From: a virus
Lineage: Duplodnaviria > Caudoviricetes
DNA: 25,290 nucleotides
Strand: one strand, 5' to 3'
IMG/VR virus record: IMGVR_UViG_3300045902_000573
Span: 1-25,290 of that record
The position numbers and the translations under genes are program-made. The notes under the pieces are model-generated. The model did no database searches, had not been told where the DNA came from, and was given only the letters and a program-made list of their open reading frames with translations. Below are positions 1 to 6,730 of this stretch, piece by piece. Numbering within the stretch: the stretch's first letter is position 1; the number at the start of each line of letters is the position of its first letter.

Positions 1-1067
1 AACCACCTTTCTTTCCAATACGTTATTAAATCGTTGTTTGAGTAGTCTATAAATTCGGGTTTATCTGTCTGCATAGTCAAAAACTCTTTCCAATTTTTAA
101 GCAAGGGGGTCATATAGTATGCTCGTTTCCAACCAATACTTAAAATATCTTCGTTTGGGAAACCTAAATTAGATAATCCTACTCTTAAAGTTCTAAGTTT
201 CCAATTAGAACCTTTTCCGTATTTGTAGCTTGCAAATCTTTCTTGCGGTACAAATTCTTTTATCAGTTCCCAACTTCCGTTGGCAGTTATATGAATATGA
301 CTTTTCCCTTGTGTATAGCCTAAAAATTGCCAATTTAAAAGTCTTGTGTAAATGGCTGATTTTTCAAATGCCCCAAAAGTGTCAATCATAGCTAAAACGG
401 GCATTTTTTGTTTACCTGCTATAATCGTTGTTTTGCCTTCATACTTTTGTTTAAATGTTTCTCTTACTTCGGGAAACATAGTCGTTAAAGCCACCAACTT
501 AGAGCCTAAAATTGTATTGTATGGCGGAACTGCACCTAAAATATAGGCAGTTAAGCAACTGTATAATCTTTCTTGTTTTTGTTCTCTGGTCCAACCTATG
601 TATTCATCTCTTACATTGAACCCAATTAGTGGGTCGCAAAGTCCAAAAAGCCCAATAACTTTGTGATTTTGCTTGTCAAATACCAAAAAACGAATACGCC
701 TGCCATAACCAGCACTTACAGGAACAGACCAAAAACTAAGACAATAAGCCCAGATTTTGTTAGTCATATTATTTTCTTGAACTTCTACAAGGTAAGGTTC
801 TACCTTGTATAAGTCTATTTCATCAGGTCTGGCAAAATAATATTTTACTTTACTTTCATATTGTTTGCCGTTTTGGTTAGTAACAAGGGAAAGTTTCTTT
901 TGAGTCAGACGAGCATCTTTTACTTCTAACCTTTTCATATCTTCGTCCCATTCTATGCCATAATCGGACAAATTTTGCAAAAGTTTCTCCCTTGCTTTTG
1001 CTACCTTGACAGATTGCAAAATCTCACAAAGTAATTGATTTTTAATATTTTGCTCATTATCAATCAT
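1..1067 (-). CDS. druA: DUF4338 / Druantia DruA-like protein (3' end runs off the window)
   Basis: Absent from the ORF track. Translated by hand from ATG at 1067 (MIDNEQNIKNQLL...), open to the window edge (~355 codons). Contains FARPDEID..VEPYLV, WSVPVSAGYGRRIRFLVFD, IGLFGLCDP..VRDEYIGW, AYILGAVPPYNTILGSKLVA, SAIYTRL..LGYTQG, GSNWKLR and YWKERW, matching the DruA motif series as I recall it. Confidence 0.85.
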   Translation of the reverse strand, partial: MIDNEQNIKNQLLCEILQSVKVAKAREKLLQNLSDYGIEWDEDMKRLEVKDARLTQKKLSLVTNQNGKQYESKVKYYFARPDEIDLYKVEPYLVEVQENNMTNKIWAYCLSFWSVPVSAGYGRRIRFLVFDKQNHKVIGLFGLCDPLIGFNVRDEYIGWTREQKQERLYSCLTAYILGAVPPYNTILGSKLVALTTMFPEVRETFKQKYEGKTTIIAGKQKMPVLAMIDTFGAFEKSAIYTRLLNWQFLGYTQGKSHIHITANGSWELIKEFVPQERFASYKYGKGSNWKLRTLRVGLSNLGFPNEDILSIGWKRAYYMTPLLKNWKEFLTMQTDKPEFIDYSNNDLITYWKERW

Positions 1068-1117
1068 ACTTAGAAGGCTATAAGGCTATTAAGATAATTT
1101 ACTCTACCATTTCCCAT

Positions 1118-1146
1118 AAAAAACAGGGGGTAATTACCCCCTGTTT
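1118..1146 (-). terminator. Intrinsic terminator
   Basis: Inverted repeat AAACAGGGGGT-aatt-ACCCCCTGTTT with an A-run at 1118-1123 (U-tract on the minus strand), just after the stop of 1153..1473. Confidence 0.8.
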
Positions 1147-1152
1147 ATGAAG

Positions 1153-1473
1153 TTACTCTTGTTCTTGTTCTTGCTCTTCTTTTTTTACTATAAACTCAAA
1201 ATACCCATTTGAAAAGTAAGGGCAGTCCATATCATTGGAGTTATAGTAATCTATGTTTCCTGAAAGAACATCACAGATGTCTTTCTTCTTTAGATATTTT
1301 AAAATATCTTTTGCTCTATGTACAACAGAAAAGATTTGGAGACTTGTACGAAAATCTCTGTATTGAAGAGAGACATCATACATTCTTCCTACTCTTGTTT
1401 CGGCAGTTGTTGAAGTAGAGAAAGCTATTGCTTTACCGATTTTTGAGACTTTGATTTTTTTTCTGATTCTCAT
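1153..1473 (-). CDS. Hypothetical protein, 106 aa, with its own promoter and terminator
   Basis: ATG-start ORF flanked by a consensus promoter (1529-1560) and a terminator (1118-1146); basic N-terminus, EQEQEQE tail. Confidence 0.7.
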   Translation of the reverse strand: MRIRKKIKVSKIGKAIAFSTSTTAETRVGRMYDVSLQYRDFRTSLQIFSVVHRAKDILKYLKKKDICDVLSGNIDYYNSNDMDCPYFSNGYFEFIVKKEEQEQEQE

Positions 1474-1528
1474 TTTAGTAACCCATCTGGGCGTTTATTA
1501 GTGATTGATTTGATTGAATTATCTGTTA

Positions 1529-1560
1529 CAAATATAATAGGTTTTTTATTACTGTGCAAA
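1529..1560 (-). promoter_or_regulatory. Bacteroidota sigma-A type promoter
   Basis: Minus strand reads TTTG (1560-1557), 20 nt, TATATTTG (1536-1529), matching the -33 TTTG / -7 TAnnTTTG consensus. Confidence 0.75.
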
Positions 1561-1711
1561 TATTTTTTACTTTTTTTTTTATTTTTTTTTCAAAAGTCAG
1601 TTTGCGTGCAGGAAACGTGGTTTTTTTAAAAAAAATCTTTTGAAAAGTTTAGAGTGTTTTAGAATTTTCTTAACTTAGAACGGTTTTTTAGATTTAGTTA
1701 GTGATGTATGC

Positions 1712-1741
1712 AAAAAGCACTGATTTTTAGTCAGTGCTTTT
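1712..1741. terminator. Intrinsic terminator, probably bidirectional
   Basis: AAAAGCACTGA-tttttag-TCAGTGCTTTT, just downstream of the exonuclease stop at 1754. Confidence 0.75.
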
Positions 1742-1753
1742 GCGTTTTTACTT

Positions 1754-2368
1754 CTATAAAATCTCAAAATACATTTCTTTAAGTATTTCGTAAGCCTCGC
1801 ACGCTCGTTCTTCTATCAATTTCATAGCATCTACATCTTGCTCTATTTCTACAATGTGCAAAGCTATTTCTTTTTGCAGTCGAGGATCGAATGAAGCAAA
1901 AACGCCTTTAGGCTTCTTTGCAATAAGCATATTGCATTGAAGTTGATAATAATAGTCGCTATTTACTTTTTTAAGTGTTTCGTTGTCTTTGATATTAAGT
2001 TTGTATTTTAAGTGTTCGAGCGAGCTAAAAGGACATTTGATTTCTAAAACAGCGTTTTTGCTGAGCCCATCGGGGCTCCCACCCAAAAAACTGTAATTTT
2101 CGTGTTTTAGAAATCCTGCCTTTTCGAAAGGCATCGTAAAATATGCTTTATTTACCCACTTAAAAGCCCATTCCTCGTACTTTGTGCCCCATTCCATTGC
2201 TTGCGTAACAGATGAAGGCAATTCTATATTTAGCACTTCTGCTAATTTTTCTGTTATGTACGATTGTGCTTCTTTCGTTTCTAAACTTTTGCCAAGTATC
2301 CTGCTTATCTGCGATGCAGTAAAGCACCCTTTACGTGCATCAAACCAATCTTTTGTCCTTTGTTCCAT
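1754..2368 (-). CDS. YqaJ / lambda-exonuclease family recombination nuclease
   Basis: MEQRTKDWFDARKG.FTAS, AMEWGTKYE, GGSPDGL, LEIKCP and YYYQLQ motifs. ATG 2368 is preferred over 2410 because it is the family-typical MEQR start and overlaps the upstream gene less. Confidence 0.9.
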   Translation of the reverse strand: MEQRTKDWFDARKGCFTASQISRILGKSLETKEAQSYITEKLAEVLNIELPSSVTQAMEWGTKYEEWAFKWVNKAYFTMPFEKAGFLKHENYSFLGGSPDGLSKNAVLEIKCPFSSLEHLKYKLNIKDNETLKKVNSDYYYQLQCNMLIAKKPKGVFASFDPRLQKEIALHIVEIEQDVDAMKLIEERACEAYEILKEMYFEIL

Positions 2369-2930
2369 CTTGCAAATCTGGGTTGTTTTCAGGGTTGATA
2401 TTTGTTTCATAGACGCTTACATAATCGTAGTCGTCTCTATTTACATCTCTGCCAAAAAGTTTGCCTAAGTGCATCGCTGCGTTCTTTATAGCATACGATT
2501 TTGCAGAAGGCAAGCCTTTCTGCACCGCTCCTGGAACAATTTGAGACAAGTCGGAAGCTGCTGCGTTTGCTTTTGTTTGCAAATCAACAGCCCCCACGCC
2601 GTCTTGAAAACGCCATTCCTGCTTTATCGGGTGAAAATAATGCAATCTGACGACGCAAAAGATGCTTTGTGCTAATTGCCCACAGTTCAAAATTTCAACA
2701 TACCAATCTTGGAAGATTTGCGTGAGCATTTGCTCCACCCGCTCAATTGATAGATATTTTGCGGGCACGTATTGCCCGTTTTTTTTAATTTTTATGTGTT
2801 CGTGTGCTTTTAGCAGCTCTGGTTTTGGGCGGGCGTTCAAAAAACGATTAAAAAGTTCTAAATTAGCAGTTTCTACACTTTGCTTTAAAACTTCTTTTGC
2901 TTTTATTCTTGGTTTTTCTTCTTGTTGCAT
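2340..2930 (-). CDS. Rad52-like (Sak) single-strand annealing protein
   Basis: YLSIERVEQMLTQIF.DW, GVGA, SAKSYAIKNAAMHLGKLFGRDVNR; directly upstream of the YqaJ exonuclease, as in phage Red-like pairs. Confidence 0.8.
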   Translation of the reverse strand: MQQEEKPRIKAKEVLKQSVETANLELFNRFLNARPKPELLKAHEHIKIKKNGQYVPAKYLSIERVEQMLTQIFQDWYVEILNCGQLAQSIFCVVRLHYFHPIKQEWRFQDGVGAVDLQTKANAAASDLSQIVPGAVQKGLPSAKSYAIKNAAMHLGKLFGRDVNRDDYDYVSVYETNINPENNPDLQDGTKDKRLV

Positions 2931-2932
2931 AA

Positions 2933-3145
2933 CTATAAATGTTTAGCGTAATAAATTAGTGTTTCTGTTTTTAGATATTGTGCATCTACGAGCTTTGCAG
3001 TTACGCATTGCGTAAGCAAACTACTAAGTATCTTTCTGTCCACGCTTGGGAAGCTATCCACAAGGTCCAAATAGCTAATTATGTCCTTTTTTTCAAGTAA
3101 CTTATTAGCTACTTCTGCGACCTCGTCAATCAAAATTTTTTTCAT
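2933..3145 (-). CDS. Small protein, possible winged-helix DNA-binding domain
   Basis: Likely start ATG 3145 (MKKILIDEV). SYLDLVDSFPSVDRKILSSLL...KLV resembles HxlR-like wHTH patterns (inference). Confidence 0.55.
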   Translation of the reverse strand: MKKILIDEVAEVANKLLEKKDIISYLDLVDSFPSVDRKILSSLLTQCVTAKLVDAQYLKTETLIYYAKHL

Positions 3146-3335
3146 AAGCAGCATTTTTTTTAAAAAGTTCGTAATAAATTTCTGCGTGCGTGCGGTCCGG
3201 GTCCTTGAGGCTTTCAATTTCCTCCCACTGCTCCTTTGTTAAAAAGAGCGTGCGGGGCTCTTTTCTGAGATTTTCGGGTATTTTTTTACGCCCGCTCCCT
3301 TTTTTTCTGATTTTTTTTTCATTCATATCATTCAT
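3126..3335 (-). CDS. Small DNA-binding regulator (RHH/CopG-like)
   Basis: 69 aa; RKKGSGRKK basic hook then RTLFLTKEQWEEI strand-helix pattern; first gene of the leftward operon. Confidence 0.6.
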   Translation of the reverse strand: MNDMNEKKIRKKGSGRKKIPENLRKEPRTLFLTKEQWEEIESLKDPDRTHAEIYYELFKKNAAYEKNFD

Positions 3336-3447
3336 AATGGTATTGTTTTAAGTTTTTATAAAATTACAAAAAATATTTTTTTTAAGCAAAAAAATTGCTA
3401 TTTTTAAATAAAATTTAAAAAAATAGTTTAACTAAATAACTTCTACG

Positions 3448-4062
3448 ATGTTTACATTAAATTCTGAAATTGATAAAAGTGCAAAGGTTTCTGTTCTTTT
3501 TGTTCGCAAAGACTCTATCTACAAAAGGTTAGGGGTCGATTGCTGGGATATTGAAAGAGACGCAACAAAATGGCAAGGGGGCAATGCAATTATTGCTCAC
3601 CCTCCTTGCAGGGCTTGGGGGCAACTTGCACATTTTGCAAAACCAAGAGCCGGCGAAAAGGAATTGGCTATTTGGAGTATTGAGCAAATACGCAAGTTTG
3701 GAGGCGTTTTAGAACACCCACGAGCAAGCAAATTATGGGAAGAATTAAACTTGCCTGTTGGAAACGAAACAGATGAATTTGGGGGCTATACAATTTGCGT
3801 AAATCAAAGCTGGTGGGGGCACAAAGCAGAAAAAAAGAGCTTACTTTACATTTGCGGTGTTCCGAGAAACTTGCTTCCGGTTATACCAATAAATTTTGAT
3901 GCAATAGAATACACAGTTGCAAGTAGAATTAAAAAGAAAACAGGCAGAAGGGTAAAAAAAGAAATTACAAAAAAAGAGCGAGAAGCAACCCCGGTAGAAT
4001 TTGCAAAATGGCTAATACAAGTAGCAGCTTTATGTAACAAATTGAAGGGGCAAGAAAAGTAA
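3448..4062 (+). CDS. Divergent C5 DNA cytosine methyltransferase-like phage protein
   Basis: IIAHPPC (motif IV PC), GVLEHP (motif VI-like), VNQSWWGHKAEK (motif VIII-like) and REATPVEFAKWL (motif X region); no FxGxG motif I. Confidence 0.65.
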   Translation: MFTLNSEIDKSAKVSVLFVRKDSIYKRLGVDCWDIERDATKWQGGNAIIAHPPCRAWGQLAHFAKPRAGEKELAIWSIEQIRKFGGVLEHPRASKLWEELNLPVGNETDEFGGYTICVNQSWWGHKAEKKSLLYICGVPRNLLPVIPINFDAIEYTVASRIKKKTGRRVKKEITKKEREATPVEFAKWLIQVAALCNKLKGQEK

Positions 4063-4084
4063 AACAAACATAAATCTTTAATCT

Positions 4085-4539
4085 TATGAAAAAATCAAAG
4101 CAAGTCTAACTTTAAGCGAAATGTAAAACTCTAAAATTATGGAAAAATTCACACTAAGAGAGCTTTTAGCATTGGAGCAAGTACGCATACATTACTTGCA
4201 AGCTACAAGAGAGTACAAAAAATCTTTACGTAATGATACAGGTATACAAATTGAAAAAGCAAAAAATTTGTGTATAAACTATGGCTTATGTCATTTTGCC
4301 TACAGCATGAATTCAATAAAGCCAAAAGTTGTGAAGAACTACGAAGATTTGATTAGAAAAGTCTTAAAATGTATGAATTATGACCCATTCGCATACGTCT
4401 ATTACAAGATAGAAAACTGTGAAACAAAAATTTTAGCAGAAATGGCAATAGAATATAGAAAGAAGCTACTGAAAAAGATGATAAAATTCGTAACTAAAAA
4501 GATATATGAAAAATCAAAGTAAATCCAACTTTAAGCGAA
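4085..4539 (+). repeat. Imperfect ~35-bp direct repeat (4085-4120 and 4505-4539) flanking the 127-aa gene
   Basis: tatgaaaaaatcaaagcaagtctaactttaagcgaa versus tatgaaaaatcaaagtaaatccaactttaagcgaa: 3 substitutions and 1 indel. Confidence 0.85.
4139..4522 (+). CDS. Hypothetical protein, 127 aa
   Basis: ATG ORF with an A-rich leader, in a same-strand run; no recognised motif. Confidence 0.7.
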   Translation: MEKFTLRELLALEQVRIHYLQATREYKKSLRNDTGIQIEKAKNLCINYGLCHFAYSMNSIKPKVVKNYEDLIRKVLKCMNYDPFAYVYYKIENCETKILAEMAIEYRKKLLKKMIKFVTKKIYEKSK

Positions 4540-4700
4540 GCACAGAAAGTTATCTATACTTTTTGTGCCAAAATTCAGACCTTGTGTACTCTGAAGTAGC
4601 TTATGAAAATATATTCAGGGATTTGAAAGCAAGGAAGAGGCTAAAAAAGTTTGCAGAGCGTATGCAGAAAAAGTATCCTTTTTTATTAGTAGAAGAATAG
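4506..4700 (+). CDS. Hypothetical protein, 64 aa
   Basis: Overlaps the preceding gene end. Its duplicated 5' end differs only at synonymous positions, which supports coding function. Confidence 0.65.
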   Translation: MKNQSKSNFKRSTESYLYFLCQNSDLVYSEVAYENIFRDLKARKRLKKFAERMQKKYPFLLVEE

Positions 4701-4814
4701 ACAAACTTATTGATGATATGAAAGTATTAAAACAAGAGAGTTAATCATACGAGGCTTTCCCGTGCTTACTGTAAAAAAAATCAAAAAAACATTTTTTATT
4801 ACTAAAATTATTTG

Positions 4815-4921
4815 TATATTTGTATTGCCCTGAGCAAACAAAGGCATTTTCATTTTTTCTTAAATCACTCTTTAGTGTTCTAAGTCAAGTCCAAAGTGTT
4901 GGGGACACTTTGGGCTTTTTT
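4815..4921 (+). ncRNA. Putative ~90-nt small RNA (promoter box to terminator, no ORF)
   Basis: TATATTTG -7 box at 4815-4822; hairpin AGTCCAAAGTGT..ACACTTTGGGCT (4888-4916) plus T-run. The hairpin may simply terminate the upstream operon. Confidence 0.4.
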
Positions 4922-4971
4922 ATTATTGTTTTTATTTTCTTTCTAATTTAAGAAGAGAATTTTTTACCTTA

Positions 4972-5072
4972 TTTTTTGTCAATAAAGATGCTTGAATATC
5001 AATGAGTTAAATGTTTTCTTTTTTTTGGCAATAAAAAAGTACCATTTTTATCCTCTATTTTTTGTCAATAAA
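4972..5072. promoter_or_regulatory. Three near-palindromic operator-like boxes TTTTTTG(T/G)CAATAAA
   Basis: Copies at 4972-4986, 5021-5035 and 5058-5072; an IHF-consensus-like TATCAATGAGTTA lies at 4997-5009. Confidence 0.55.
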
Positions 5073-5104
5073 TTTGCATTTGTGCTTGAAATTGCGTACT
5101 TTTG
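5073..5104 (+). promoter_or_regulatory. Bacteroidota-type promoter
   Basis: TTTG (5073-5076), 20 nt, TACTTTTG (5097-5104). Confidence 0.7.
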
Positions 5105-5109
5105 CCCTG

Positions 5110-5170
5110 TCCTTTATGTTTAGGGCTGTTCAATTGGTTATTTTCCATTGTTCAGCCCTCCTTTTTTTTT
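5110..5170 (+). ncRNA. Putative ~60-nt hairpin RNA or attenuator
   Basis: AGGGCTG-tt-CAAT...ATTG-tt-CAGCCCT (5122-5159) followed by T9, immediately after the promoter. Confidence 0.45.
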
Positions 5171-5474
5171 GTTCAACAAATACGCTTCGGCTGCGGGCTT
5201 GGTACCTATATTAACTTTAATTTTCAAAGCGGCGGAAAATCTATTTTTGGATTTGCCTATTTTTTTGCCCTATATTCAATTATTTTTCTTCGGACGATAA
5301 ATTATACCTTTTTTCAAAAATCTTTGCTTATAGAGCACTTAAAATGCGAAATTCAGGCTTTCGTTTTTTAGTTGATGCCACGCAAACTAAAACTTACTTT
5401 TTTTTGAAAAAATAAGGACCTAAAAGCTCCTGAAATTATCTATGAAAATTTTTTAAAAAAATCACCCCGAAAAC

Positions 5475-5640
5475 TATTTTTAATAGTTTTTAAATATTTA
5501 TAATAGTTTATATTAATTTATTATATTAATTAATTATTATTAATAAGGAGTGATTTGCGATTTTTTTGATTTTTTGGGCTTGCTTTGTACTTGCTTTGGT
5601 ATGTGCTTTGTACTTGCTTTGGTAAATTTTACCAAAGCAA
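5475..5640. other. Putative replication origin (iterons plus AT-rich unwinding element)
   Basis: Perfect 21-bp direct repeat TGCTTTGTACTTGCTTTGGTA (5581-5601, 5604-5624); 13-bp inverted repeat TTGCTTTGGTAAA-T-TTTACCAAAGCAA (5614-5640); almost pure A/T tract at ~5475-5546; upstream of the initiator gene. Confidence 0.65.
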
Positions 5641-5719
5641 AATTATTTCATTTGATTATTTTTTGATGCTTTTTGGCAGTAATAAAAAATGTATTATTTT
5701 TAAAATAAAGCAGATTTTT

Positions 5720-5855
5720 TTTGGTTTTTCAAAAATATTTTTATTCCTTTGTGTTGTAGCAGAAAGTATCTTTTAAATCCGTGGAAAGATACCTTCTTGA
5801 AGGAGTTGCTTGTCAACTTTTTGCCCCAAAGACCACGGAACTTTGGGGCTTTTTT
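5720..5855 (+). promoter_or_regulatory. Promoter and structured leader ending in a terminator before the replication operon
   Basis: TTTG (5720-5723), 20 nt, TTCCTTTG (5744-5751, one mismatch); hairpins at 5761-5797 and 5804-5818; terminator GCCCCAAAG-accacggaa-CTTTGGGGC-T6 (5823-5855). Confidence 0.65.
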
Positions 5856-5881
5856 GTTTATTAACAAAAAATTTTTAACCT

Positions 5882-6718
5882 ATGAACGGATATTCACTTA
5901 GTAAAAAATGGTTCTCTTGGGCTTTTGAAAACCCTCACCTCAACACCCCGGCCATCACAGCCCTATATTTTTTCATATTAGAAAAATGGAATAGATGCGG
6001 GCAAAAAGGCAAAATTATGCTTCATAATTCGGAGGCAATGCAAGCAATAGGGGTAAAAAATTACAAGACATACAAAAAATCTTTGATGGCTCTTATAGAG
6101 TTTGGGTTTTTAGAACTCTTGCAAGAAAGCAAAAATCAATACACTTGCAATATAGTTTCGCTTGTAAATTCTACACAAGAACAAGAACAAGAAATTGTGT
6201 TTGATGAAGCACAACCTACGTTTGAGGTACCAACCCCGCAACAGCCAACTCAACAAAAAATAAATGAAAATACAAGTGAACAAACAGCCATAAGTGAGCC
6301 TAAAAACATTGAAACTTTAAAGCAAGAACAAGCGAAAAATGCCCCTCAGAACGAAAATAAAAAGAAAAATGAGAAGAAGAAAGGCAAAGACCCTGCCCCA
6401 CAAGACCCGCCTTTTACAAGTGTTCGTTTTGAGCTTGCTTGGCAGGAATTTGTAGAATACCGCAAATCAAAAAATAAAAAAATTAGCATATATGCTCAAA
6501 ATCGGATTTTCAAAGAGCTCGCAAAAGAAAGCGAGGACATCGCAATAGCGATGATTGAAAAATCTATCAAAAATGATTGGCAGGGCATTTTCCCGCTCAG
6601 CGACACTGAAAAACAAAAGATAAAAACATCATCTATGATTGCCCAAACCGAAACCGTAGGCGAAAAACTGCCAAAGGGAGCGGTAATCTATAGAAGTAAA
6701 GCAGGGACTATAAAGTAA
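5882..6718 (+). CDS. Phage replication initiator (N-terminal HTH, Bacteroidetes type)
   Basis: MNGYSLSKKWFSWAFENP...ALYFF..WNR.G...AMQAIGVKNYKTY...QESKNQY N-terminus; low-complexity linker; C-terminal AWQEFVEYRK...MIEKSIKNDWQGIF domain; upstream of DnaB. Confidence 0.75.
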   Translation: MNGYSLSKKWFSWAFENPHLNTPAITALYFFILEKWNRCGQKGKIMLHNSEAMQAIGVKNYKTYKKSLMALIEFGFLELLQESKNQYTCNIVSLVNSTQEQEQEIVFDEAQPTFEVPTPQQPTQQKINENTSEQTAISEPKNIETLKQEQAKNAPQNENKKKNEKKKGKDPAPQDPPFTSVRFELAWQEFVEYRKSKNKKISIYAQNRIFKELAKESEDIAIAMIEKSIKNDWQGIFPLSDTEKQKIKTSSMIAQTETVGEKLPKGAVIYRSKAGTIK

Positions 6719-6730
6719 CTTTTTACCAAA

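Noticed and set aside
352-546. 64-aa plus-strand ORF
   Set aside because: Antisense shadow of the DruA-like gene.
1156-1180. GAACAA microrepeat (EQEQEQE), echoed in the initiator linker at ~6176-6193
   Set aside because: Short in-frame low-complexity runs with no evidence of a shared function.
5581-5640. Repeats as a possible CRISPR mini-array
   Set aside because: The 21-bp copies are only 2 bp apart, with no spacers and no cas genes.
5102-5776. 89-aa and 63-aa TTG-start plus-strand ORFs
   Set aside because: Phe-rich translations of T-rich regulatory DNA; they overlap promoter boxes, a terminator and the iterons.
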